A DNA stretch of 64,000 nucleotides from Chthoniobacteraceae bacterium (GTDB taxonomy: Bacteria > Verrucomicrobiota > Verrucomicrobiia > Chthoniobacterales > Chthoniobacteraceae): NCBI GenBank assembly GCA_037190965.1, contig JBBCKI010000029.1:131784-195783 (forward strand), read 5' to 3'. Under the pieces are notes generated by a model, which was not told where the DNA came from, did no database searches, and saw nothing but the letters and a program-made list of their open reading frames with translations. The position numbers and the translations under genes are program-made. Positions 1 through 10,531 of this stretch are shown here, one piece after another (within the stretch, counting starts at the first letter, position 1; every line of letters starts with the position of its first letter).

Positions 1-236
1 CCAGTGAAGCGGGCAGGAAGGTCGGCAAAGATCTCGCGGTGATGGGCATCGACGATCTCCCTTTTTCCCGCGTGCCTCAGATCTCCCTGACCACCCTTCG
101 CCAACCCCATGAAGCGATCGCCAGAATGGCCGTGAAAGTGCTCATAGAGCGCATCGAACAGACGGCGACCGGTCTCGTCCGGCAGGTGTTTCTGCCGGAA
201 CTGGTTGTCCGTCAGAGCAGTCAGCTTAAGGTCTGA
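1..236 (+). CDS. LacI-family transcriptional regulator, C-terminal fragment (5' end outside window)
   Basis: Open frame from the window start, ...GKDLAVMGIDD...SLTTLRQPHEAIARMAVKVL...PELVVRQS, the typical LacI/GalR effector-domain C-terminus. Confidence 0.9.
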   Translation, partial: SEAGRKVGKDLAVMGIDDLPFSRVPQISLTTLRQPHEAIARMAVKVLIERIEQTATGLVRQVFLPELVVRQSSQLKV

Positions 237-354
237 CGGGAAGTGTCGTCGGTCTGAAGCCCTATGGCGTTTCGCGGCGGCTGACCAATGGCGGCCGATA
301 TTTTCACGACGATTTCATCGGGACTTCATCCTCGTTTCATGGGTGAGGGCAACC

Positions 355-1899
355 ATGGTCTTCATGAACCATTCCGATCCATCCGACGGTCCGTCTGCAT
401 TGCCGTTCCAAGATTCAGCACCCCCCATCCCGGAACGGCTGTTTAAGATTTTCGCCAGTACTGCAGGACTGACGCTATTGGGTAATTTCCTGCTGTGGCC
501 TGCCGTGCCAGGGCTCTCTTGGGGGCTGTTCCTGATCGTAGCCGGCGCAGTCTTGGTTTTGAACCGGCCGCGCTGTGCGTGGAATCGTACTTCGGCAGTT
601 TTGTCCGGGCTGCTCCTGATTACGGCTTGCCAGAGTGCGGTGGAAATCTCGTTAAGCAATGTTCTGGTGTCGTTGGCGCTTCTCGTGGCACTTGTGGGCG
701 AGGTTTCGTATCCCTCCCTGGCTGCCGGTTGGGAGAGAGGATCGGAAGCTCTATGGGCCCTTGCAAAAGCGCCGGGCAGGTGGGGATGGGCGGGCGGTGC
801 GATGACGAAACTCGCTCGGACCAATAGGGGAATGGTAGGCAGCGTGGTTTGGTGTATCCGCATCGGCTTGCCTGCGTTGATCCTGGGAGTCGCTTTTGCC
901 AGGCTCTTCGGGGCAGGAAACGCGATTTTCAGCTCATGGGCTTCCGCAAGCCTCGACGCGTTCTGGCGATGGCTTGCAGAATGGGATTTTTCGCCTAGGC
1001 ATTTGCTTTTCTACGGACTGCTGGCGACATTTTCCTTGTGGCTTCTCCGGCCTTCCGGCGCGGGGAGTTCGACACGGGTCTGGGCGCGTACGATCCCCAC
1101 GCTGCCCATCAGAAATCCTGCGATTGACTGGTGGCGCAGCGTGGTGGTGCTGGCCACGCTTAACGGTCTTTTCTTCCTGGTTAACACGATCGATGTATTC
1201 TATCTGTGGATGCACGGCCAACTGCCTGTCGGGGTGACTGCCAGTCAGTACGTCCATGAGGGAGTGCATAGCCTTGTTGCGGCGGTCATACTCTCGGCCG
1301 TAGTGCTGGTAACCTTGTTTCAGCAAGACCGAAGCATTGGCCAATCCCCCGCGCTGAAGCGGCTTGGCTATGTCTGGATAGCGCAGAATTTCGTCTTGCT
1401 CGCCGGTGTGGCGCTCCGATTGGCGCGCTATGTTCAAGACTCTCTGCTGACGCTCGCCCGAGTCTATGTATTTTGTTTCCTGCTCCTGGTGGCGACGGGG
1501 TTTGTGCTGCTGGTCTTTCACATCGCCGGGAATCGCAGCCTTAATTGGCTGATCTTGTCGAACGGACTCGCGACGATCGTGTTATTCTTCGTGATGCAAT
1601 TTCTCAATGTTGCCGGATGGGTGGCGCATTACAATGTGACGCATTGGGAACTCGATACCGGAAAGCCGTTGGATATTAAATATCTGGAATCATTGGGCGC
1701 CCCCGCCTGGCCAGCGCTGGCGCGGGCAGCGGACTCCAAACGCATTGGGGCGCAGGGGGCAAAGGACTTGTTGGAAAGAATAAAAATCGAATATCGTAGA
1801 GCATGTGATTCGCACAACTGGCGTTCGTGGCAGGCAAGGCGTGAACTAAATGCTGCAAAGGTATTTGGCCCGCCTGTGTCGTACGGCTCCGCTTTTTGA
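355..1899 (+). CDS. DUF4153/DUF4173-like multi-pass membrane protein
   Basis: Many hydrophobic segments; SQYVHEG and LTLARVY motifs; C-terminal LDIKYL...WRSW. Start ATG 355 or 364 preferred over the ORF-track start at 205. Confidence 0.7.
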   Translation: MVFMNHSDPSDGPSALPFQDSAPPIPERLFKIFASTAGLTLLGNFLLWPAVPGLSWGLFLIVAGAVLVLNRPRCAWNRTSAVLSGLLLITACQSAVEISLSNVLVSLALLVALVGEVSYPSLAAGWERGSEALWALAKAPGRWGWAGGAMTKLARTNRGMVGSVVWCIRIGLPALILGVAFARLFGAGNAIFSSWASASLDAFWRWLAEWDFSPRHLLFYGLLATFSLWLLRPSGAGSSTRVWARTIPTLPIRNPAIDWWRSVVVLATLNGLFFLVNTIDVFYLWMHGQLPVGVTASQYVHEGVHSLVAAVILSAVVLVTLFQQDRSIGQSPALKRLGYVWIAQNFVLLAGVALRLARYVQDSLLTLARVYVFCFLLLVATGFVLLVFHIAGNRSLNWLILSNGLATIVLFFVMQFLNVAGWVAHYNVTHWELDTGKPLDIKYLESLGAPAWPALARAADSKRIGAQGAKDLLERIKIEYRRACDSHNWRSWQARRELNAAKVFGPPVSYGSAF

Positions 1900-2000
1900 A
1901 ATATTTCTAACGCCGGGCCGATCGTTTCTTATGCGACTGTGGCCATTGAAACACCGCATTCTTTGGAGCGACAACAGAATCGCTCCAGAAAGGCCGAGCT

Positions 2001-2774
2001 TCACGTGTCCCTGATCCTTGGCAGTTGCCCAAGCGTCAATCCTCCATCGACAACGATCACCTGCCCGGTGATATAGGAAGATGCCGGGGCGCAAAGAAAA
2101 GCTGCGGTACCTCCACAGTCCTCGGGGGTTCCAATACGGCCCAGTGCGATCTTTCTCTCCAGCGCTTCACGAAGTCCCGGGGTTCTGTTAAGTGTCTTCT
2201 CGGCGGCGGAAGAGGGCGTCTGGATAAAGCCTGGCGCGATGCCATTGACCCGTATGCCATACTCGGCCAGCGACAGCGCCATGCTGCGCGTCATCATGAC
2301 CAGGGCTCCCTTCGATGTATCATAGGCGGTGGAATCGAATTCGGCCTGAAAGCCGTTGGTGGAACAGGTAATGACGACCGCTCCGCTACGCCTCAAAGAG
2401 ACAAGCCGGGAGGCGAATTCCTTGACAAGAAAATAGGTGGACTCGACATTCAGACGCATGGTTTTGTCCCAGCGTTCGTGGGACATTTCCAGGAGTGGCA
2501 CATCGAAAAAACCGCCTGCGTTGCCGATGAGCAAATCGAGACCCGGGCATGCGGAGAAGGCAGCATCCAGAAGGCTGTTTACTCCACCTACAGCCAGTAG
2601 ATCATGCCGGAAATAGGGATACTTCCCGAGATCTGCGTCGGATGGCTTTTCATCCAAACCGTGCAGCAGAACATCTGCTCCCGCCCGGACCAGAGCAGTT
2701 GCGATGCTTTGTCCGATGCCTCGAGACGAGCCGGTGATAAGCGCCGAGTGACCGCATAGCGAAAAATCAGACAT
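2001..2774 (-). CDS. SDR family NAD(P)-dependent oxidoreductase
   Basis: [11 protein letters not shown], YxxSK (YDTSK), IRVNGIAPG and [12 protein letters not shown] motifs. Confidence 0.95.
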   Translation of the reverse strand: MSDFSLCGHSALITGSSRGIGQSIATALVRAGADVLLHGLDEKPSDADLGKYPYFRHDLLAVGGVNSLLDAAFSACPGLDLLIGNAGGFFDVPLLEMSHERWDKTMRLNVESTYFLVKEFASRLVSLRRSGAVVITCSTNGFQAEFDSTAYDTSKGALVMMTRSMALSLAEYGIRVNGIAPGFIQTPSSAAEKTLNRTPGLREALERKIALGRIGTPEDCGGTAAFLCAPASSYITGQVIVVDGGLTLGQLPRIRDT

Positions 2775-2797
2775 GGGAAACAGGCGGCGCGCGTGAA

Positions 2798-4084
2798 TCA
2801 GAGGTGAGTACTGAAGAATTCCAGCGCGCGTTTTTGCATCGCCTTGTTGAACTCGTGCGGCGCGTCAAAGGTCAAGCTCCCGAGGGTGTGCGGACTTCCA
2901 GCCGTCTGCCAGGCGCGCCTTAAGGAGAGATGCGCTGCCGCCGCTCCGTGGGGTTCCATGAGGATGTCATTCCATCCGCTGATGGCCAGGAAAGGTTTGG
3001 GAGCAGCAGCAATGGGGATGTCGATCATATCAAAATTCCGGTACAAGCCGTCGGGGATCGCGAAGAATCCCAGGGAGTGAGGAAGGTTGTAATCGATGAT
3101 GCCGTCCAGTGTGCTGATCCAGCAGGCACTGGCGGCGGCGCGAATGCGGTCGTCGAGCGCGGAGAGATAGTTTGCCCGGAACGAGCCGAAAGAAAGGCCA
3201 ACGCAACCGATGCGTTCCACCTCCACATCGTCTCGGCTGACCATGTATTCGACGGTACGTAGATCGTCTGTCGCTGTCACGGCGGCGATTGAAAGGCCTA
3301 CTGCTCCGAGGACTCGAGCCGCTTCTCCGAATTCCGTTTGAAATATTTTTATCGATAACGCCTCTGCCTCGGTGGGGCTCAGGCAATTTCGAAGTTCGTC
3401 AAAGTCATCGCGATTTTGAGCGGCAAACTTGGTGCGTCTTCCAAAGCCCAGCGCATCGATCGCGATGCAGAGATAACCAGCCCGGGCGAACTCAGCCAGA
3501 AGACTGCGGCCCTCGTAACACTCCTGGCGATACTCTGTGAGGTAGGCCGGTTCTCCCGGATGATGCAGGAGTTTTTCTTTGCCGAATAGTGCGAGTGAAC
3601 CGAGGCAGTGAAGAAGGACAAGAGCCGGATGCTTCTTGCGGCCATTCTTCGGGATGGTGACAATTGCCGTCGTGCGGAACGGAGGGGTGAGTGTAATTTC
3701 GACGTGTTCTTCCCAAAAGCCGTCGTGGTCCCACGTTTGTTTGATCTCGGGAGCGATTGGAGCTTCAAGGGCGCCGGGGACCACAAGCGCCCCCCGCAAA
3801 ATCTCAAGAAAGCCTTCCTTCCACTCGCGAAAGGGGAGCTCCGGGTTGTGGTGCCAAGATGTGACGTTGTGCGTTTTACAGCGATTTTGCAACGAAACGA
3901 AAGCATCAAGTTCCGCGCCTGCGCTCGACCGGCGCGGAAAGTTACTCCGAAGTTTCGCGAGAAGCTCTTCTTCGGGCGACCAAAACGGGAGATTGGCTGC
4001 CCATTGGGGGCGATGCCCGGGTTTCCCTGAAGAATGCGGAGTTTCGCTGTCAGGAGAGGGCGAAATCTGAAGCGGAAAAGACAT
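2798..4084 (-). CDS. Alpha/beta hydrolase (dienelactone hydrolase/esterase-like)
   Basis: [15 protein letters not shown], nucleophile elbow [11 protein letters not shown]-terminal APHEF. Start set at ATG 4084 because the longer ORF would overlap the divergent promoter and gene. Confidence 0.85.
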   Translation of the reverse strand: MSFPLQISPSPDSETPHSSGKPGHRPQWAANLPFWSPEEELLAKLRSNFPRRSSAGAELDAFVSLQNRCKTHNVTSWHHNPELPFREWKEGFLEILRGALVVPGALEAPIAPEIKQTWDHDGFWEEHVEITLTPPFRTTAIVTIPKNGRKKHPALVLLHCLGSLALFGKEKLLHHPGEPAYLTEYRQECYEGRSLLAEFARAGYLCIAIDALGFGRRTKFAAQNRDDFDELRNCLSPTEAEALSIKIFQTEFGEAARVLGAVGLSIAAVTATDDLRTVEYMVSRDDVEVERIGCVGLSFGSFRANYLSALDDRIRAAASACWISTLDGIIDYNLPHSLGFFAIPDGLYRNFDMIDIPIAAAPKPFLAISGWNDILMEPHGAAAAHLSLRRAWQTAGSPHTLGSLTFDAPHEFNKAMQKRALEFFSTHL

Positions 4085-4098
4085 GTTTGGGTTTCGTA

Positions 4099-4112
4099 TA
4101 GAATCGTTTCTA
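4099..4112. promoter_or_regulatory. Candidate LacI operator TAGAATCGTTTCTA
   Basis: 14-bp near-palindrome with central CG, 15 bp upstream of the hydrolase start; the same consensus recurs at 5421 and 14094. Confidence 0.7.
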
Positions 4113-4166
4113 GTTCGATTGCAACTTTTTTCGACAAAATCGGCGGGGGGGCTTCCTGCGGTATGC

Positions 4167-4195
4167 TTGACAGCTTCTAGTAACGTACTTAATCT
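4167..4195 (+). promoter_or_regulatory. Sigma70-type promoter of the LacI gene, with an overlapping degenerate operator
   Basis: TTGACA(4167-4172)-17 bp-TAATCT(4190-4195); TAGTAACGTACTTA at 4178-4191 resembles the operator consensus. Confidence 0.65.
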
Positions 4196-4204
4196 GAGGC
4201 TTTC

Positions 4205-5329
4205 ATGATTAGCCAAAGGAAAATCGCAGAGAGCCTCGGAATGCCCACATCGACCGTTGCAAACATTCTCAACGGCACTCCCTACTACAAAAAGGAGACT
4301 CGCGACCGCGTCCTCAAGGCGGCTGCCGAGTTGGGCTATCAGCGAAATCGAGCTTCAATAGCGATTAGGAAGGGCCGCAGTAACCTGGTGGGGGTGATCC
4401 ACTTTGGTTCGGCCTACGAGACGGCTCATCGAGGCATTTATTTCCTGATCGAGGCGCTCAAGGGCTATGGGTACGACTATGTTGTTGCCGACCAGCGCTG
4501 GCACGCAGGCAACGTCCAATGGATGCTGAACGAAATGATTCAGGCACGGGTGGAGGGGGTGATCCTCATGGGCAATGGAACCCGGACTGAGGCATTCAGT
4601 CCTGCTTCGTTGGCGACACTGGAGCGTGCCAGCATTCCGGTTGTTTCCCTTTATGGCGATGACTATCTGGATGTGCCTCTGGTGGGGGATAGTGCGAAAT
4701 CAAGCTTCTATGCAATGGCCCGCCATCTTCAATCTGTCGGCCATCGCAGTATCTTGTTGCTTTCGTGTCCGTCGAACGAGCGGTCCACGATCGGACGGAT
4801 CGAGGGATTCGAGCAAGCAATGAAGGGGGAAGGGGCGTTTTTCGTATTGGACGAGGAGACCTTTAGCCGCAAATGGCCCAGACTGAGGCGGGAGCATCGC
4901 GACAGCTCAATCGGCGTCGCCATTCGCATGAGTAGTCAGCAAGACTTTTTTAAGGCGTGCAACGAGTTTAGTAAACGGTTGCTCGCCTCCGCGGCGCTGC
5001 CGGACGCGATTATGTGCGCCAATGACCGGGCGGCTTACAGCGTCTTCGATGCCGCGCATGAGTTGCGCGTGCGTATTCCTGAAGACGTAGCGGTGGTCGG
5101 CGCCGATGACGAATCGATCGGGAATCTCTCGATGTTCCGCCTCACTACAATCCGAATGGACATCGCCCGTTCTTCTCAAGCTGCTGTCGATATGTTGATG
5201 GAGCGGCTTAAAAATGGCGGAATTGCGAAACGAGAAGTTTCTTTCCCGGCGGAGCTTGTTCTGCGGCAGTCTTGCGGCCGGATGATCGGCCCAGGAGAGG
5301 AGCGGGAGCTTGTGATCAGGATTCAATAG
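4205..5329 (+). CDS. LacI-family transcriptional regulator
   Basis: N-terminal HTH (ISQRKIAESLGMPTSTVANILNG...TRDRVLKAAAELGY) and C-terminal IPEDVAVVGADD...LTTIR...ELVLRQSC. Confidence 0.95.
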   Translation: MISQRKIAESLGMPTSTVANILNGTPYYKKETRDRVLKAAAELGYQRNRASIAIRKGRSNLVGVIHFGSAYETAHRGIYFLIEALKGYGYDYVVADQRWHAGNVQWMLNEMIQARVEGVILMGNGTRTEAFSPASLATLERASIPVVSLYGDDYLDVPLVGDSAKSSFYAMARHLQSVGHRSILLLSCPSNERSTIGRIEGFEQAMKGEGAFFVLDEETFSRKWPRLRREHRDSSIGVAIRMSSQQDFFKACNEFSKRLLASAALPDAIMCANDRAAYSVFDAAHELRVRIPEDVAVVGADDESIGNLSMFRLTTIRMDIARSSQAAVDMLMERLKNGGIAKREVSFPAELVLRQSCGRMIGPGEERELVIRIQ

Positions 5330-5420
5330 CGATCAGAAGTCAGTAGCCCATTCAGGAAGCTCCGGTTAGCGCTAGTTAAAAAATTCAGAAATGTGTGGAC
5401 GGATGAATTTCTAGAAGATA

Positions 5421-5434
5421 TAGAGACGTCTCTA
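5421..5434. promoter_or_regulatory. Candidate LacI operator TAGAGACGTCTCTA (perfect palindrome)
   Basis: Perfect 14-bp palindrome ending 15 bp before the PEP-CTERM gene ATG. Confidence 0.75.
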
Positions 5435-5449
5435 AATTGATTCATTACT

Positions 5450-7156
5450 ATGAACAGACGCATTATTGCTGGTTTAGTGGTGTTGCTGGGAGTCGCGGCG
5501 AATGGAAAAGCGGCTACGCTCTATTGGTGGCCAGGCAACGCTGGAGCAGGACTGGGTGGGAATGGCACTTGGAATACTTCCGTTGCCAATTGGTCGACCT
5601 CTGACACAGGCAAAGTGGCATCCGCCACGGTTCCGGGGAGTGGGGACACTGCGGTCTTTGGAGGAACAGCGGGAGCTCTCAATTATATTTCGGGGCAGTC
5701 GGTAGGAAATTTTCGCGTAATGACCAGTGGTTATGTCTTTACGCTGGGAGCCGGCACGACGACCTTGACCGTGGGAGAGTTCTCCGGCGCGGGACTCGCC
5801 GACACCACCATTCGGGCGCAGGGGGCGAGTATGTCGAGCACGACGCTTTCGCTGACAGTGACTGGAACCACAAGCTATACGGGGACCCTTTCTGACGGCG
5901 CTCTCGGAGCCCCATTGGTCCTGAGGAAACTTGGGAACGGCCTGCTGGATCTTTCCTCCGCCACGCTTTCCCAAACCGGTGCTACCTATGTATCTGGTGG
6001 GATTCTGCGGGTGAAAGAGGGAACCGGTACGGCGGGTTCCCTGCCGACCTCACAAACCCTGCAGCTGGGCACCGGGGGAGAGAGCGGAATCTTGGAAGTC
6101 ATTGGGAATGGGGTGTCATCTTCCTTTACCCGCAAGATTACCACTTCGACCGCCACGGCCAATGGTGTCTGGCTGGGTACCACCGCCAGTTCCGTAGTGG
6201 GCTTTGGCGCGCTTCAGGGGGACCTTACGATAAATCTGGACAACGATGGCAGCAACAAGAGCTGGGGAGCCACTGGATTTGGCGCCGGAACGATAATTCT
6301 TGGAACCAAAGCCTCCACAGGAAAGGTCACGCTGGTCAATCCCCTGACACTCATTGCCAATGGGCCATCGGTTGCCAAGATTCAGGTCGTGCATGGGGAG
6401 AACAGCACGCAGAAAGTCGATGCGGAGCTTCAGGGCGCCTTGCAGATCAGCGGAACGGATTCCGGTGGAGGAGCAATCGCCAATCGGGTGCTGGAGAAAA
6501 GTGGCGACGGCACGCTTGTGCTTTCCGGTACATCCAATGCCTTCAATGGTCGGCTCCATGTCAGCGCGGGTGCGTTGTTGATAACCGGCAGGTTTATCTC
6601 GAACACGAGCAATGCCAATGCGCTCACCGTTGATGCCGGAGCAACTCTCGGAGGTTCGGGGACGGTTGCGTTTACCAACGCAAGCGCCAGGATCAAAGTC
6701 GACGGCACATTGCAGGCGGGCTTGGGAGCCGCGAATACGGACTTCGATGCCGGCTATAGTTTTAAGACCCTGACCCTCAGTCAGTCGTACGTGGTCATGG
6801 GTGCGGATTCCGTCCTGGCTTTTGGCTTGGGTTCTACCTCCGAACTGCACGACACCATTGCGACCATCAATGGTGGAATATGGGAGTTCGGTAGTGAACA
6901 GAAAATTAAATTCTATAACGCGGGCCTGACCACGGTTGGTATTACCTATACTATTATGACTGGACTGTCAGCCAATCCTTTGCCCGCCTCCTGGCAGGTT
7001 TATGATAGCGATGGTATTAATGGCAGCTTCAGCTTTGCGGATGGCGCGATATCGTTCACCGTTTCTCAGATACCCGAGCCGCACGTCGTGACGCTGGCGA
7101 TCGTCGCAGGCGCCGCATTATTGGTTCTTCCAAGGAGTCGACGCAGATCCTGTTAG
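5450..7156 (+). CDS. PEP-CTERM surface protein with autotransporter-associated beta-strand repeats
   Basis: Signal peptide; G/T/S-rich body with LRKLGNGLLDL and LEKSGDGTLVL repeats; C-terminal IPEP-hydrophobic-RRR sorting signal. Confidence 0.92.
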   Translation: MNRRIIAGLVVLLGVAANGKAATLYWWPGNAGAGLGGNGTWNTSVANWSTSDTGKVASATVPGSGDTAVFGGTAGALNYISGQSVGNFRVMTSGYVFTLGAGTTTLTVGEFSGAGLADTTIRAQGASMSSTTLSLTVTGTTSYTGTLSDGALGAPLVLRKLGNGLLDLSSATLSQTGATYVSGGILRVKEGTGTAGSLPTSQTLQLGTGGESGILEVIGNGVSSSFTRKITTSTATANGVWLGTTASSVVGFGALQGDLTINLDNDGSNKSWGATGFGAGTIILGTKASTGKVTLVNPLTLIANGPSVAKIQVVHGENSTQKVDAELQGALQISGTDSGGGAIANRVLEKSGDGTLVLSGTSNAFNGRLHVSAGALLITGRFISNTSNANALTVDAGATLGGSGTVAFTNASARIKVDGTLQAGLGAANTDFDAGYSFKTLTLSQSYVVMGADSVLAFGLGSTSELHDTIATINGGIWEFGSEQKIKFYNAGLTTVGITYTIMTGLSANPLPASWQVYDSDGINGSFSFADGAISFTVSQIPEPHVVTLAIVAGAALLVLPRSRRRSC

Positions 7157-7334
7157 GAAACCGCCCGTCCTGTTTGTTCGAAAATTCCTGGTGCTGCTTT
7201 GCAAAGAAAGCAACGGGAAGAGATGCACCTTCTATAGCATTTTTGAGTTATGCTATTCACATGCTTTGCACTGGCCCGTGGCGCTCGAGAATCGTTGTAA
7301 ACATCTAACTCTTCAAATCGATAGATTTCTGCCA

Positions 7335-10300
7335 ATGAATTGTTCCCTCCTTCAGAAAATTGGCGTCTTGATGGCTGTCTTGCCGGGCTTCATCGGCACA
7401 GCTTTCGCCGAGACGCTTCCCTTCACCGCAGTGGATCCGGCCGGGAAGACGGCATCCATTGTGATCGATCCTTCGCTTGACTCCGGACGAAATCCGATCG
7501 ATTGGACCCAGTTGGAAAAGCAGGTGTTGGTTCCCTCGCCCTCTCGGGCGAGGCCATTGATGTACGCGGTCCACTACTTGCGCGAGGCCGTGCGGCGAAT
7601 GACCGGGAAAGAATTGCCGATTGAGGAGGGGGGAAATGCTTCCAAAGGCATTGTGCTCATGCGCATGGAAGATGCTCCGGATGAGATCAAAAACGATGAA
7701 GCCGTCCAAAAGGCGCTGAGGAATAACGGGCAGGACGCGTATAACAACGTTGAAGCTTACTACTTGCGCACGGAAGCCCAGCGCGTGCTTGTCGTCGCCA
7801 ACACATGGGACGGTATTCTCGATGGCGTGGTTGCATTGTTGGAATCGGTTGGGTATGAAACCTTGGGGCTTGGCCCCAACTGGACGCACGTACCGGATTT
7901 CCAGAAACGCCCGCTCGTCTTTTCAGCGCTTGAATCGGGCCGCCCCGGCTATTACCTGCGCAATCTGTCTGTGGCCAGCGGAGCCCATATCGGGGGCGGT
8001 ACTCTCAGCCGCGGGCTCAAACTCTCGGATCCACAGGACGAAACGGTTGAACTCAGTCTTCTGAGATGGAAGATAGGAGCGCGGCTGGAGGGGCGCTCAA
8101 TGCCGATTTTCCCCGGCCACGCCCTGACACAGCTTCGCAAGGATGTCATTCAGGTCATGCGGGAGACCAAAAATCCCGACGGCTTTCTTATTGAGAAGGC
8201 CACCATCGGGCCGGAGTCATCGCGGCCTCCGGCCACCGAAGCAAACAAAGGACATTTCTGGATCAATGATGATCCCGAGGGAAGTCCGGGTGCGGGGAAA
8301 TTCTTCAGTTCAAGTGGCACAGAGTGGAAGGAGAATACCTATCGAGAAAGCGCCACCGACCTTACCCTTGACTACGTCCGCAAGATGTTTTTCGAAACGA
8401 TGAAAGTCCGGGCAGAAGAAGCATTTGCGCGGAGGCCAGATGAGATCTTTGTCTTCGGGTCAGATCCGGCGGATGGCTCGGGTCTGGGCAACCTGGGGGC
8501 TTATGCCAAAAACAAAAATTGGTATCCGGAATATCTGGCCGCCGCAGGAGTGGAATTTGGAAAGCCATATCCCTTGCATGGGGTAAAGGGACTGGACCAG
8601 CCCAAGGAAATATGGGATCCGGCGGCGGCCAGCGACACGGTTTTTGCTTTCAGCAATTGGTTGCTGCGGGAGTTTGACAAGTGGATCGATTCCCTCCCCG
8701 AGAGCGAGCATGTGACTTCCACGGGGAAATCCAAGAAAGAGCTGATCGCGTGTGGTCTTCTCAGCTATAATTATCACGACGTTCCTCCCAATTTTACGCT
8801 GGATCCGCGCATTCGCATTATGGTGGCGGGTTTCCCCAAACACCGCGGCACCGGAAAATGGAAAAATTTCAAAACGAATGAGGATATAGCCATCGCTTTT
8901 CGATCACTTCTGCCAAGGCAGCCTGCGGCGGACTACCAATATATCAGTAATTCGCGCTTTTGGGACGGCAGCCTGGCGGGTATTCGTGGGAAAGCGACGC
9001 TCGCGCCGTCAATTCAGTCATTCTATCGCTCCAGATACGACGCTGGCTTCCGCGCTTTCACGGCGGAGACAGACCTCAATTTCGGGAAACTAGGATTGTT
9101 CTATTACCTCTCGGCGAAGGCGCTCTGGAATCCCGAGATGACCCCGGAGGAACTCGATGCCATTCGCGATCGTTGGTTCCAGAGGGCCTTCGGAGCGGCG
9201 TGGAAGGAAATGAAGACCTATTACGATTTCATGAGCGCCGAGAATTTCAAGATCAGTTCCCAAAGAAACTGGTCCAGGGCAGTGCGCATGATTGACGCGG
9301 CGGACAGCATTCTTGCGACGGCAAATGAGCCGGACGCGCAACGACGGTTGGATGATCTCAAGCAATTCTGGTATTATTATTATTTGACGGCAAGTGGCCA
9401 GGCCACGCCGCAATCACGGGCGCTCAGGGAATTTATGTGGAAAGGTCAGATGTCGTACATGACATCAATGATCATGGTCCAACTCGTCGCCTTTAAGCAA
9501 AAGGATACGATTCGCATGGCGCCGCAACTGGCCGGGTCGGAATTCAATACGGGCCCCGCTCATTACACCCATGAGGAAACTCAGGAATGGTGGAAGAAGA
9601 TCTTGGATTTTTGGCCGACGATACCGGTCGCGGAGTTTTCCGAAGGAGTATTGAATAATGGGAAGAAGGCTGCGGAAGTTGATCTGAATGATCTGGTAAA
9701 GGTTTCCGAGTTTCGGGGCGAGCGGAGTTCGAATGATTTGATATACAACAGCAGTTTCGAACCGGCCTTGAACTTCCTAACCTCAGCGCAAAAGACAGGA
9801 CAGGAGATCGGCTTCATCCTCTATTGGCCATCCAATCCGGATTTCCGCTATCACAGGCCGGCATCGGTTGTTTATGGAGTCAAGCGTTGGAATTCTGCCA
9901 CGGAGGAATGGGATGATCTGGTGGATGAACTCATGACCACCGAGGATTCGAAAACAAAGGATGGTCCCGAAGGAAAGCCCCTCCAATGGGTCGAGGTTCG
10001 TTATAAGGCCCCTGAGTCGGGGACGTACCGGATTTCTGTCGGCAGGGGAGGAAGCAATGCTCACCTCACCACCCTGGATGTCGACGAAGACTTGAAAACG
10101 AACGCGGGGGAGCAGGCTCAGACCTTTAATGCTCCCGTGGGCGGTCTCGCGCAAAGCCCCGCCTGGTTTTACATCCCCAAAGGCACGAAGAGCCTCGACT
10201 TTGAGCTCCCGAGAGACGGGGTCGTTAAATTGTGTCTATATACAGGACTTCCCTCCGCAGGTATGTCGCGTTCTCGGGAGATGACCCTGGAAAAAGCAGG

Positions 10301-10478
10301 CACCCATTCCATTCCGCTCGGGCCCGAGGAGGACGGCAGCCTGGCGATGTTTGAGAATCGGGGGCCTCTCTCCTTCCCGACGCTCTACTCCGTCCCGCTT
10401 TTCTGGGCCAAATCGCCGGCCTCTCTTTTGGTTCCTCGCGCCGTTGCTGAAGCCGATAAACTCACGCCGGAGGAGTAA
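7335..10478 (+). CDS. Large secreted protein, DUF4838-like (putative carbohydrate-active)
   Basis: Signal peptide from ATG 7335; N-terminal domain (LREAVRRMTGKELPI...EAYYLR...LLESVG) like that of DUF4838/GH67-N proteins; YYLSAKALWNP motif. Confidence 0.6.
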   Translation: MNCSLLQKIGVLMAVLPGFIGTAFAETLPFTAVDPAGKTASIVIDPSLDSGRNPIDWTQLEKQVLVPSPSRARPLMYAVHYLREAVRRMTGKELPIEEGGNASKGIVLMRMEDAPDEIKNDEAVQKALRNNGQDAYNNVEAYYLRTEAQRVLVVANTWDGILDGVVALLESVGYETLGLGPNWTHVPDFQKRPLVFSALESGRPGYYLRNLSVASGAHIGGGTLSRGLKLSDPQDETVELSLLRWKIGARLEGRSMPIFPGHALTQLRKDVIQVMRETKNPDGFLIEKATIGPESSRPPATEANKGHFWINDDPEGSPGAGKFFSSSGTEWKENTYRESATDLTLDYVRKMFFETMKVRAEEAFARRPDEIFVFGSDPADGSGLGNLGAYAKNKNWYPEYLAAAGVEFGKPYPLHGVKGLDQPKEIWDPAAASDTVFAFSNWLLREFDKWIDSLPESEHVTSTGKSKKELIACGLLSYNYHDVPPNFTLDPRIRIMVAGFPKHRGTGKWKNFKTNEDIAIAFRSLLPRQPAADYQYISNSRFWDGSLAGIRGKATLAPSIQSFYRSRYDAGFRAFTAETDLNFGKLGLFYYLSAKALWNPEMTPEELDAIRDRWFQRAFGAAWKEMKTYYDFMSAENFKISSQRNWSRAVRMIDAADSILATANEPDAQRRLDDLKQFWYYYYLTASGQATPQSRALREFMWKGQMSYMTSMIMVQLVAFKQKDTIRMAPQLAGSEFNTGPAHYTHEETQEWWKKILDFWPTIPVAEFSEGVLNNGKKAAEVDLNDLVKVSEFRGERSSNDLIYNSSFEPALNFLTSAQKTGQEIGFILYWPSNPDFRYHRPASVVYGVKRWNSATEEWDDLVDELMTTEDSKTKDGPEGKPLQWVEVRYKAPESGTYRISVGRGGSNAHLTTLDVDEDLKTNAGEQAQTFNAPVGGLAQSPAWFYIPKGTKSLDFELPRDGVVKLCLYTGLPSAGMSRSREMTLEKAGTHSIPLGPEEDGSLAMFENRGPLSFPTLYSVPLFWAKSPASLLVPRAVAEADKLTPEE

Positions 10479-10531
10479 GAAAAAATGTTCGATGGTTCAA
10501 TAGTTGTACGATCACCCCGGATTTGAATCTC

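Noticed and set aside
7234..7256. Inverted repeat ATAGCAT-N9-ATGCTAT
   Set aside because: Weak AT-rich stem, no U-tract, no second copy; cannot be assigned
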